From NCBI RefSeq assembly GCF_964204645.1, contig NC_134036.1, positions 7,416,163 through 7,480,162 on the forward strand: a DNA stretch of 64,000 nt. The letters are read 5' to 3'. Shown one piece after another: positions 49,701-61,760 of the stretch. Numbering within the stretch: the first letter of the stretch is position 1; the number at the start of each line of letters is the position of its first letter. The notes below the pieces were generated by a model. The model ran no database searches. It saw only the letters and a list, made by a program, of their open reading frames with translations, and was not told the origin of the DNA. The position numbers and the translations under genes are program-made. Source of the DNA: Tubulanus polymorphus (taxonomy: Eukaryota; Animalia; Nemertea).

Positions 49701-51558
49701 GCGTTACGACCCGGCACCGGTCAGGAAGGGAGGGAGGGTGGCAGTAGGTCGGTCGTCCGTTCGTTGGTCAGTGTGCCGGCGGTGGTAGTTCGAAAAACGA
49801 CTAAGTGCTGACCGGGCCTTGATCAGCGTTACGACCCGGTGCAGTGAGGGAGGGAGGGAGGCAGTAGGTCGGTCGTCCGTCCGTTCGTCAGTGTGCCGGC
49901 GGTGGTTGTTCGAAAAACGACTAAGTGCTGACCGGGCCATGAACAGCGTTACGACCCGGCACCGGTCAGGAAGGGAGGGAGGGTGGCAGTAGGTCGGTCG
50001 TCCGTTCGTTGGTCAGTGTGCCGGCGGTGGTAGTTCGAAAAACGACTAAGTGCTGACCGGGCCATGAACAGCGTTACGACCCGGCACCGGTCAGGAAGGG
50101 AGGGAGGGTGGCAGTAGGTCGGTCGTCCATCCGTTCGTCAGTGTGCCGGCGGTGGTAGTTCGAAAAACGACTAAGTGCTGACCGGGCCTTGATCAGCGTT
50201 ACGACCCGGTACAGTGAGGGAGGGAGGGAGGCAGTAGGTCGGTCGTCCGTCCGTTCGTCAGTGTGCCGGCGGTGGTTGTTCGAAAAACGACTAAGTGCTG
50301 ACCGGGCCTTGATCAGCGTTACGACCCGGAGCATTGAGGGAGGGAGGGAGGCAGTAGGTCGGTCGTCCGTCCGTCCGTTTGTCAGTGTGCCGGCAGCGAT
50401 GGTTGTTCGAAAAATGACTAAGGGCTGACCGGGCCTTGATCAGCGTTACGACCCGGAGCATTGAGGGAGGGAGGGAGGGAGGCAGTAGGTCGGTCGTCCA
50501 TCCGTTCGTCAGTGTGCCGGCGGTGGTAGTTCGAAAAACGACTAAGTGCTGACCGGGCCTTGATCAGCGTTACGACCCGGTGCAGTGAGGGAGGGAGGGA
50601 GGCAGTAGGTCGGTCGTCCGTCCGTTCGTCAGTGTGCCGGTGGTGGTTGTTCGAAAAACGACTAAGTGCTGACCGGGCCTTGATCAGCGTTACGACCCGG
50701 CGCAGTGAGGGAGGGAGGGAGGGAGGCAGTAGGTCGGTCGTCCATCCGTTCGTCAGTGTGCCGGCGGTGGTTGTTCGAAAAACGACTAAGTGCTGACCGG
50801 GCCTTGATCAGCGTTACGACCCGGTGCAGTGAGGGAGGGAGGGAGGCACTAGGACAGTCGTCCGCCCGTTAGTCAGTGTGTCGGCGGTTGTTGTTCGAAA
50901 AACGACTAAGTGCTGACCGGGCCATGAACAGCGTTACGACCCGGCACCGGTCAGGAAGGGAGGGAGGGTGGCAGTAGGTCGGTCGTCCGTTCGTTCGTCA
51001 GTGTGCCGGCGGTTGTTGTTCGAAAAACGACTAAGTGCTGACCGGGCCTTGATCAGCGTTACGACCCGGTGCAGTGAGGGAGGGAGGGAGGCAGTAGGTC
51101 GGTCGTCCATCCGTTCGTCAGTGTGCCGGCGGTGGTAGTTCGAAAAACGACTAAGTGCTGACAGGGCCTTGATCAGCGTTACGACCCGGTGCAGTGAGGG
51201 AGGGAGGGAGGGAGGCAGTAGGTCGGTCGTCCATCCGTTCGTCAGTGTGCCGGCGGTGGTTGTTCGAAAAACGACTAAGTGCTGACCGGGCCATGATCAG
51301 CGTTACGACCCGGTGCAGTGAGGGAGGGAGGGAGGCACTAGGACAGTCGTCCGCCCGTTAGTCAGTGTGCCGGCGGTGGTTGTTCGAAAAACGACTAAGT
51401 GCTGACCGGGCCTTGATCAGCGTTACGACCCGGCACCGGTCAGGGAGGGAGGGAGGGAGGCAGTAGGTCGGTCGTCCGTCCGTTCGTCACTGTGCCGGCG
51501 GTGGTAGTTCGAAAAACGACTAAGTGCTGACCGGGCCTTGATCAGCGTTACGACCCGG
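43702..51558 (+). repeat. ~7.85-kb block, copy B (duplicate of ~20620-28476)
   Basis: Same diagnostic variants at a constant 23082-bp offset; I noticed only a few substitutions (e.g. 22363, 23638, 23675-23676, 44537). Confidence 0.9.
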
Positions 51559-53989
51559 AGCATTGAGGGAGGGAGGGAGGCAGTAGGTCGGTCGTCCGTC
51601 CGTTTGTCAGTGTGCCGGCAGTGATGGTTGTTCGAAAAAATGACTAAGGGCTGACCGGGCCTTGATCAGCGTTACGACCCGGCGCTGGTCAGGGCGGGAG
51701 GGAGGGAGGCAGTAGGTCGGTCGTCCATCCGTTCGTCAGTGTGCCGGCGGTGGTAGTTCGAAAAACGACTAAGTACTGACCGGGCCTAGATCAGCGTTAC
51801 GACCCGGTGCAGTGAGGGAGGGTGGGAGGCAGTAGGTCGGTCGGCCGTCCGGTCGTCAGTGTGCCGGCGGTGGTTGTTCGAAAAACGACTAAGTGCTGAC
51901 CGGGCCATGATCAGCGTTACGACCCGGTGCAGTGAGGGAGGGAAGGAGGAACTAGGACAGTCGTCCGCCCGTTAGTCAGTGTGTCGGCGGTTGTTGTTCG
52001 AAAAACGACTAAGTGCTGACCGGGCCATGAACAGCGTTACGACCCGGCACCGGTCAGGAAGGGAGGGAGGGTGGCAGTAGGTCGGTCGTCCGTTCGTTGG
52101 TCAGTGTGCCGTTGGTGGTAGTTCGAAAAACGACTAAGTGCTGACCGGGCCTTGATCAGCGTTACGACCCGGTGCAGTGAGGGAGGGAGGGAGGCAGTAG
52201 GTCGGTCGTCCGTCCGTTCGTCAGTGTGCCGGCGGTGGTAGTTCGAAAAACGACTAAGTGCTGACCGGGCCATGAACAGCGTTACGACCCGGCACCGGTC
52301 AGGAAGGGAGGGAGGGTGGCAGTAGGTCGGTCGTCCGTTCGTTGGTCAGTGTGCCGGCGGTGGTAGTTCGAAAAACGACTAAGTGCTGACCGGGCCTTGA
52401 TCAGCGTTACGACCCGGTGCAGTGAGGAGGGAGGGAGGCAGTAGGTCGGTCGTCCGTCCGTTCGTCAGTGTGCCGGCGGTGGTTGTTCGAAAAACGACTA
52501 AGTGCTGACCGGGCCTTGATCAGCGTTACGACCCGGTGCAGTGAGGGAGGGAGGGAGGGAGGCATTAGGTCGGTCGTCCATCCGTTCGTCAGTGTGCCGG
52601 CGGTGGTTGTTCGAAAAACGACTAAGTGCTGACCGGGCCATGATCAGCGTTACGACCCGGTGCAGTGAGGGAGGGAGGGAGGCACTAGGACAGTCGTCCG
52701 CCCGTTAGTCAGTGTGTCGGCGGTTGTTGTACGAAAAACGACTAAGTACTGACCGGGCCATGAACAGCGTTACGACCCGGCACCAGTCAGGAAGGGAGGG
52801 AGGGTAGCAGTAGGTCGGTCGTCCGTTCGTTCGTCAGTGTGCCGGCGGTGGTTGTTCGAAAAACGACTAAGTGCTGACCGGGCCTTGATCAGCGTTACGA
52901 CCCGGTGCAGTGAGGGAGGGAGGGAGGGAGGGAGGCAGTAGGTCCGTCGTCCGCCCGTTAGTCAGTGTGTCGGCGGTTGCTGTTCGAAAAACGACTAAGT
53001 GCTGACCGGGCCATGAACAGCGTTACGACCCGGCACCGGTCAGGAAGGGAGGGAGGGTGGCAGTAGGTCGGTCGTCCGTTCGTTCGTCAGTGTGCCGGCG
53101 GTGGTAGTTCGAAAAACGACTAAGTGCTGACCGGGCATTGATCAGCGTTACGACCCGGTGCAGTGAGGGAGGGAGGGAGGCAGTAGGTCGGTCGTCCGTC
53201 CGTTCGTCAGTGTGCCGGCGGTGGTTGTTCGAAAAAACGACTAAGTGCTGACCGGGTCATAATCAGCGTTACGACCCGGTGCAGTGAGGGAGGGAGGGAG
53301 GCAGTAGGTCGGTCGTCCATCCGTTCGTCAGTGTGCCGGCGGTTGTTGTTCGAAAAACGACTAAGTGCTGACCGGGCCTTGATCAGCGTTACGACCCGGT
53401 GCAGTGAGGGAGGGAGGGAGGCAGTAGGTCGGTCGTCCATCCGTTCGTCAGTGTGCCGGCGGTGGTTGTTCGAAAAACGACTAAGTGCTGACCGGGTCAT
53501 GATCAGCGTTACGACCCGGTGCAGTGAGGGAGGGAGGGAGGGAGGCAGTAGGTCGGTCGTCCATCCGTTCGTCAGTGTGCCGGCGGTGGTTGTTCGAAAA
53601 ACGACTAAGTGCTGACCGGGCCATGATCAGCGTTACGACCCGGTGCAGTGAGGGATGGAGGGAGGCACTAGGACAGTCGTCCGCCCGTTAGTCAGTGTGT
53701 CGGCGGTTGTTGTTCGAAAAACGACTAAGTGCTGACCGGGCCATGAACAGCGTTACGACCCGGCACCGGTCAGGAAGGGAGGGAGGGTGGCAGTAGGTCG
53801 GTCGTCCGTTCGTTCGTCAGTGTGCCGGCGGTGGTAGTTCGAAAAACGACTAAGTGCTGACCGGGCCTTGATCAGCGTTACGACCCGTTGCAGTGAGGGA
53901 GGGAGGGAGGGAGGCAGTAGGTCCGTCGTCCGCCCGTTAGTCAGTGTGTCGGCGGTTGCTGTTCGAAAAACGACTAAGTGCTGACCGGG

Positions 53990-54480
53990 CCTTGATCAGC
54001 GTTACGACCCGGTGCAGTGAGGGAGGGAGGGAGGCAGTAGGTCGGTCGTCCGTCCGTTCGTCAGTGTGCCGGCGGTGGTTGTTCGAAAAACGACTAAGTG
54101 CTGACCGGGCCTTGATCAGCGTTACGACCCGGTGCAGTGAGCGAGGGAGGGAGGGAGGGAGGCATTAGGTCGGTCGTCCATCCGTTCGTCAGTGTGCCGG
54201 CGGTGGTTGTTCGAAAAACGACTAAGTGCTGACCGGGCCTTGATCAGCGTTACGACCCGGTGCAGTGAGGGAGGGAGGGAGGCAGTAGGTCGGTCGTCCG
54301 TCCGTTCGTCAGTGTGCCGGCGGTGGTTGTTCGAAAAACGACTAAGTGCTGACCGGGCCTTGATCAGCGTTACGACCCGGTGCAGTGAGCGAGGGAGGGA
54401 GGGAGGGAGGCATTAGGTCGGTCGTCCATCCGTTCGTCAGTGTGCCGGCGGTGGTTGTTCGAAAAACGACTAAGTGCTGA
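53990..54480 (+). repeat. 248-bp dimer tandem duplication
   Basis: The private variant TGAGCGAGGG...GGCATTAGG occurs at ~54138 and ~54386; ORFs 53944/54192 are offset by 248. Confidence 0.85.
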
Positions 54481-55056
54481 CCGGGCCATGATCAGCGTTA
54501 CGACCCGGTGCAGTGAGGGAGGGAGGGAGGCACTAGGACAGTCGTCCGCCCGTTAGTCAGTGTGTCGGCGGTTGTTGTACGAAAAACGACTAAGTACTGA
54601 CCGGGCCATGAACAGCGTTACGACCCGGCACCAGTCAGGAAGGGAGGGAGGGTGGCAGTAGGTCGGTCGTCCGTTCGTTCGTCAGTGTGCCGGCGGTGGT
54701 TGTTCGAAAAACGACTAAGTGCTGACCGGGCCTTGATCAGCGTTACGACCCGGTGCAGTGAGGGAGGGAGGGAGGGAGGGAGGCAGTAGGTCCGTCGTCC
54801 GCCCGTTAGTCAGTGTGTCGGCGGTTGCTGTTCGAAAAACGACTAAGTGCTGACCGGGCCATGAACAGCGTTACGACCCGGCACCGGTCAGGAAGGGAGG
54901 GAGGGTGGCAGTAGGTCGGTCGTCCGTTCGTTCGTCAGTGTGCCGGCGGTGGTAGTTCGAAAAACGACTAAGTGCTGACCGGGCCTTGATCAGCGTTACG
55001 ACCCGGTGCAGTGAGGGAGGGAGGGAGGCAGTAGGTCGGTCGTCCGTCCGTTTGTC

Positions 55057-58010
55057 AGTGTGCCGGCGGTGGTTGTTCGAAAAACGACTAAGTGCTGACC
55101 GGGTCATAATCAGCGTTACGACCCGGTGCAGTGAGGGAGGGAGGGAGGCAGTAGGTCGGTCGTCCATCCGTTCGTCAGTGTGCCGGCGGTTGTTGTTCGA
55201 AAAACGACTAAGTGCTGACCGGGCCTTGATCAGCGTTACGACCCGGTGCAGTGAGGGAGGGAGGGAGGCAGTAGGTCGGTCGTCCATCCGTTCGTCAGTG
55301 TGCCGGCGGTGGTTGTTCGAAAAACGACTAAGTGCTGACCGGGCCATGATCAGCGTTACGACCCGGTGCAGTGAGGGAGGGAGGCACTAGGACAGTCGTC
55401 CGCCCGTTAGTCAGTGTGTCGGCGGTTGTTGTTCGAAAAACGACTAAGTGCTGACCGGGCCATGAACAGCGTTACGACCCGGCACCGGTCAGGAAGGGAG
55501 GGAGGGTGGCAGTAGGTCGGTCGTCCGTTCGTTCGTCAGTGTGCCGGCGGTGGTTGTTCGAAAAACGACTAAGTGCTGACCGGGCCTTGATCAGCGTTTC
55601 GACCCGGCACCGGTCAGGGAGGGAGGGAGGGAGGCAGTAGGTCGGTCGTCCGTCCGTTCGTCATTGTGCCGGCGGTGGTAGTTCGAAAAACGACTAAGTG
55701 CTGACCGGGCCTTGATCAGCGTTACGACCCGGTGCATTGAGGGAGGGAGGGAGGCAGTAGGTCGGTCGTCCGTCCGTTCGTCATTGTGCCGGCGGCGGTA
55801 GTTCGAAAAACGACTAAGTGCTGACCGGGCCTAGATCAGCGTTACGACCCGGTGCAGTGAGGGAGGGAGGGAGGCAGTAGGTCGGTCGTCCGTCCGGTCG
55901 TCAGTGTGCCGGCGGTGGTTGTTCGAAAAACGACAAAGTGCTGACCGGGCCATGATCAGCGTTACGACCCGGTGCAGTGAGGGAGGGAGGGAGGCACTAG
56001 GACAGTCGTCCGCCCGTTAGTCAGTGTGTCGGCGGTTGTTGTTCGAAAAACGACTAAGTGCTGACCGGGCCTTGATCAGCGTTACGACCCGGAGCATTGA
56101 GGGAGGGAGGGAGGCAGTAGGTCGGTCGTCCATCCGTTCGTCAGTGTGCCGGCGGTGGTAGTTCGAAAAACGACTAAGTGCTGACCGGGCCTTGATCAGC
56201 GTTACGACCCGGTGCAGTGAGGGAGGGAGGGAGGGAGGCAGTAGGTCGGTCGTCCGTCCGTTCGTCAGTGTGCCGGCGGTGGTTGTTCGAAAAACGACTA
56301 AGTGCTGACCGGGCCTTGATCAGCGTTACGACCCGGTGCAGTGAGGGAGGGAGGGAGGGAGGCAGTAGGTCGGTCGTCCATCCGTTCGTCAGTGTGCCGG
56401 CGGTGGTAGTTCGAAAAACGACTAAGTGCTGACCGGGCCTTGATCAGCGTTACGACCCGGTGCAGTGAGGGAGGGAGGGAGGCAGTAGGTCGGTCGTCCG
56501 TCCGTTCGCCAGTGTGCCGGCGGTGGTTGTTCGAAAAACGACTAAGTGCTGACCGGGTCATAATCAGCGTTACGACCCGGTGCAGTGAGGGAGGGAGGGA
56601 GGCAGTAGGTCGGTCGTCCATCCGTTCGTCAGTGTGCCGGCGGTTGTTGTTCGAAAAACGACTAAGTGCTGACCGGGCCTTGATCAGCGTTACGACCCGG
56701 TGCAGTGAGGGAGGGAGGGAGGCAGTAGGTCGGTCGTCCATCCGTTCGTCAGTGTGCCGGCGGTGGTTGTTCGAAAAACGACTAAGTGCTGACCGGGCCA
56801 TGATCAGCGTTACGACCCGGTGCAGTGAGGGAGGGAGGCACTAGGACAGTCGTCCGCCCGTTAGTCAGTGTGTCGGCGGTTGTTGTTCGAAAAACGACTA
56901 AGTGCTGACCGGGCCATGAACAGCGTTACGACCCGGCACCGGTCAGGAAGGGAGGGAGGGTGGCAGTAGGTCGGTCGTCCGTTCGTTCGTCAGTGTGCCG
57001 GCGGTGGTTGTTCGAAAAACGACTAAGTGCTGACCGGGCCTTGATCAGCGTTTCGACCCGGCACCGGTCAGGGAGGGAGGGAGGGAGGCAGTAGGTCGGT
57101 CGTCCGTCCGTTCGTCATTGTGCCGGCGGTGGTAGTTCGAAAAACGACTAAGTGCTGACCGGGCCTTGATCAGCGTTACGACCCGGTGCATTGAGGGAGG
57201 GAGGGAGGCAGTAGGTCGGTCGTCCGTCCGTTCGTCATTGTGCCGGCGGCGGTAGTTCGAAAAACGACTAAGTGCTGACCGGGCCTAGATCAGCGTTACG
57301 ACCCGGTGCAGTGAGGGAGGGAGGGAGGCAGTAGGTCGGTCGTCCGTCCGGTCGTCAGTGTGCCGGCGGTGGTTGTTCGAAAAACGACAAAGTGCTGACC
57401 GGGCCATGATCAGCGTTACGACCCGGTGCAGTGAGGGAGGGAGGGAGGCACTAGGACAGTCGTCCGCCCGTTAGTCAGTGTGTCGGCGGTTGTTGTTCGA
57501 AAAACGACTAAGTGCTGACCGGGCCTTGATCAGCGTTACGACCCGGAGCATTGAGGGAGGGAGGGAGGCAGTAGGTCGGTCGTCCATCCGTTCGTCAGTG
57601 TGCCGGCGGTGGTAGTTCGAAAAACGACTAAGTGCTGACCGGGCCTTGATCAGCGTTACGACCCGGTGCAGTGAGGGAGGGAGGGAGGGAGGCAGTAGGT
57701 CGGTCGTCCGTCCGTTCGTCAGTGTGCCGGCGGTGGTTGTTCGAAAAACGACTAAGTGCTGACCGGGCCTTGATCAGCGTTACGACCCGGTGCAGTGAGG
57801 GAGGGAGGGAGGGAGGCAGTAGGTCGGTCGTCCATCCGTTCGTCAGTGTGCCGGCGGTGGTAGTTCGAAAAACGACTAAGTGCTGACCGGGCCTTGATCA
57901 GCGTTACGACCCGGTGCAGTGAGGGAGGGAGGGAGGCAGTAGGTCGGTCGTCCGTCCGTTCGCCAGTGTGCCGGCGGTGGTTGTTCGAAAAACGACTAAG
58001 TGCTGACCGG
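55057..58010 (+). repeat. Tandem duplication of a 1454-bp (12-monomer) higher-order unit
   Basis: ORF pairs 54986/56440 and 56217/57671 are offset by 1454. Variants GGGTCATAATC, GTTTCGACC, GCGGCGGTAG and GACAAAGT each recur 1454 bp apart. Confidence 0.9.
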
Positions 58011-59699
58011 GCCTTGATCAGCGTTACGACCCGGAGCAGTGACGGAGGGAGGGAGGCAGTAGGTCGGTCGTCCGTCCGTTCGCCAGAGTGCCGCTGGTGG
58101 TTGTTCGAAAAACGACTAAGTGCTGACCGGGCCTTGATCAGCGTTACGACCCGGTGCAGTGAGGGAGGGAGGGAGGCAGTAGGTCGGTCGTCCGTCCAGT
58201 CGTCAGTGTGCCGGCGGTGGTTGTTCGAAAAACGACTAAGTGCTGACCGGGCCATGCACAGCGTTACGACCCGGCACCGGTCAGGAAGGGAGGGAGGGTG
58301 GCAGTAGGTCGGTCGTCCGTTCGTTGGTCAGTGTGCCGGCGGTGGTAGTTCGAAAAACGACTAAGTGCTGACCGGGCCTTGATCAGCGTTACGACCCGGA
58401 GCAGTGTGGGAGGGAGGGGGACAGTAGGTCGGTCGTCCGTCCGTTCGTCAGTGTGCCGGCAGAGTTGGTTGTTCGAAAAACGACTAAGTGCTGACCGGGC
58501 CTTGATCAGCGTTACGACCCGGTGTTGTGACGGAGGGAGGGAGGCAGTAGGTCGGTCGTCCGTCCTTTCGCCAGAGTGCCGCTGGTGGTTGTTCGAAAAA
58601 CGACTAAGTGCTGACCGGGCCTTGATCAGCGTTACGACCCGGTGCAGTGAGGGAGGGAGGGAGGCAGTAGGTCGGTCGTCCGTCCAGTCGTCAGTGTGCC
58701 GGCGGTGGTTGTTCGAAAAACGACTAAGTGCTGACCGGGCCTTGATCAGCGTTACGACCCGGAGCAGTGTGGGAGGGAGGGGGACAGTAGGTCGGTCGTC
58801 CGTCCGTTCGTCAGTGTGCCGGCAGAGTTGGTTGTTCGAAAAACGACTAAGTGCTGACCGGGCCTTGATCAGCGTTACGACCCGGTGTTGTGAGGGAGGG
58901 AGGGAGGCAGTAGGTCGGTCGTCCATCCGTTCGTCAGTGTGCCGGCGGTGGTTGTTCGAAAAACGACTAAGTGCTGACCGGGCCTTGATCAGCGTTACGA
59001 CCCGGCACCGGTCAGGAAGGGAGGGAGGGTGGCAGTAGGTCGGTCGTCCATCCGTTCGTCAGTGTGCCGGCGCTGGTTGTTCGAAAAACGACTAAGTGCT
59101 GACCGGGCCTTGATCAGCGTTACGACCCGGCGCAGTGAGGGAGGGAGGGAGGCAGTAGGTCGGTCGTCCGTCCGTTCGTCAGTGTGCCGGCGGTGGTTGT
59201 TCGAAAAACGACTAAGTGCTGACCGGGCATTGATCAGCGTTTCGACCCGGAGCAGTGAGGGAGGGAGGGAGGCAGTAGGTCGGTCGTCCGTCCGTTCGCC
59301 AGTGTGCCGGCGGTGGTTGTTCGAAAAACGACTAAGTGCTGACCGGGCCTTGATCAGCGTTACGACCCGGAGCATTGAGGGAGGGAGGGAGGCAGTAGGT
59401 CGGTCGTCCGTCCGTTTGTCAGTGTGCCGGCAGTGATGGTTGTTCGAAAAACGACTAAGGGCTGACCGGGCCTTAATCAGCGTTACGACCCGGCGCTGGT
59501 CAGGGAGGGAGGGAGGGAGGCAGTAGGTCGGTCGTCCATCCGTTCGTCAGTGTGCCGGCGGTGGTAGTTCGAAAAACGACTAAGTGCTGACCGGGCCATG
59601 ATCAGCGTTACGACCCGGTGCAGTGAGGGAGGGAGGGAGGCAGTAGGTCGGTCGTCCGTCCGTTCGTCAGTGTGCCGGCGGTTGTTGTTCGAAAAACGA

Positions 59700-61760
59700 C
59701 TAAGTGCTGACCGGGCCTTGATCAGCGTTACGACCCGGAGCATTGAGGGAGGGAGGGAGGCAGTAGGTCGGTCGTCCATCCGTTCGTCAGTGTGCCGGCG
59801 GTGGTAGTTCGAAAAACGACTAAGTGCTGACCGGGCCTTGATCAGCGTTACGACCCGGTGCAGTGAGGGAGGGAGGGAGGGAGGCAGTAGGTCGGTCGTC
59901 CGTCCGTTCGTCAGTGTGCCGGCGGTGGTTGTTCGAAAAACGACTAAGTGCTGACCGGGCCTTGATCAGCCTTACGACCCGGTGCAGTTAGGGAGGGAGG
60001 GAGGGAGGCAGTAGGTCCGTCGTCCGCCCGTTAGTCAGTGTGTCGGCGGTTGTTGTTCGAAAAACGACTAAGTGCTGACCGGGCCATGAACAGCGTTACG
60101 ACCCGGCACCGGTCAGGAAGGGAGGGAGGGTGGCAGTAGGTCGGTCGTCCGTTCGTTCGTCAGTGTGCCGGCGGTGGTAGTTCGAAAAACGACTAAGTGC
60201 TGACCGGGCCTTGATCAGCGTTACGACCCGGTGCAGTGAGGGAGGGAGGGAGGCAGTAGGTCGGTCGTCCGTCCGTTCGCCAGTGTGCCGCTGGTGGTTG
60301 TTCGAAAAACGACTAAGTGCTGACCGGGCCTTGATCAGCGTTACGATCCGGAGCAGTGAGGGAGGGAGGGAGGCAGTAGGTCGGTCATCCGTCCGTTCGC
60401 CAGTGTGCCGCTGGTGGTTGTTCGAAAAACGACTAAGTGCTGACCGGGCCTTGATCAGCGTTACGACCCGGTGCAGTGAGGGAGGGAGGGAGGCACTAAA
60501 ACAGTCGTCCGCCCGTTAGTCAGTGAGTCGGCGGTTGTTGTTCGAAAAACGACTAAGTGCTGACCGGGCCGTGAACAGCGTTACGACCCGGCACCGGTCA
60601 GGAAGGGAGGGAGGGTGGCAGTAGGTCGGTCGTCCGTTCGTTGGTCAGTGTGCCGGCGGTGGTAGTTCGAAAAACGACTAAGTGCTGACCGGGCCTTGAT
60701 CAGCGTTACGACCCAGAGCAGTGTGGGAGGGAGGGAGGCACTAGGACAGTCGTCCGCCCGTTAGTCAGTGTGTCGGCGGTTGTTGTTCGAAAAACGACTA
60801 AGTGCTGACCGGGCCGTGAACAGCGTTACGACCCGGTGCAGTGAGGGAGGGAGGGTGGCAGTAGGACAGTCGTCCGCCCGTTAGTCAGTGTGTCGGCGGT
60901 TGTTGTTCGAAAAACGACTAAGTGCTGACCGGGCCTTGATCAGCGTTACGACCCGGAGCATTGAGGGAGGGAGGAAGGCAGTAGGTCGGTCGTCCATCCG
61001 TTCGTCAGTGTGCCGGCGGTGGTAGTTCGAAAAACGACTAAGTGCTGACCGGGCCTTGATCAGCGTTACGACCCGGTGCAGTGAGGGAGGGAGGGAGGGA
61101 GGGAGGCAGTAGGTCGGTCGTCCGTCCGTTCGTCAGTGTGCCGGCGGTGGTTGTTCGAAAAACGACTAAGTGCTGACCGGGCCTTGATCAGCCTTACGAC
61201 CCGGTGCAGTTAGGGAGGGAGGGAGGGAGGCAGTAGGTCCGTCGTCCGCCCGTTAGTCAGTGTGTCGGCGGTTGTTGTTCGAAAAACGACTAAGTGCTGA
61301 CCGGGCCGTGAACAGCGTTACGACCCGGCACCGGTCAGGAAGGGAGGGAGGGTGGCAGTAGGTCGGTCGTCCGTTCGTTCGTCAGTGTGCCGGCGGTGGT
61401 AGTTCGAAAAACGACTAAGTGCTGACCGGGCCTTGATCAGCGTTACGAACCGGTGCAGTGAGGGAGGGAGGGAGGCAGTAGGTCGGTCGTCCGTCCGTTC
61501 GCCAGTGTGCCGCTGGTGGTTGTTCGAAAAACGACTAAGTGCTGACCGGGCCTTGATCAGCGTTACGACCCGGAGCAGTGAGGGAGGGAGGGAGGCAGTA
61601 GGTCGGTCGTCCGTCCGTTCGCCAGTGTGCCGCTGGTGGTTGTTCGAAAAAAGACTAAGTGCTGACCGGGCCTTGATCAGCGTTACGACCCGGTGCAGTT
61701 AGGGAGGGAGGGAGGCACTAGGACAGTCGTCCGCCCGTTAGTCAGTGTGTCGGCGGTTGT
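59700..61760 (+). repeat. Imperfect 1222-bp (10-monomer) duplication
   Basis: The private variant CAGCCTTACG occurs at ~59967 and ~61189; ORFs 60211/61433 are offset by 1222. Confidence 0.75.
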
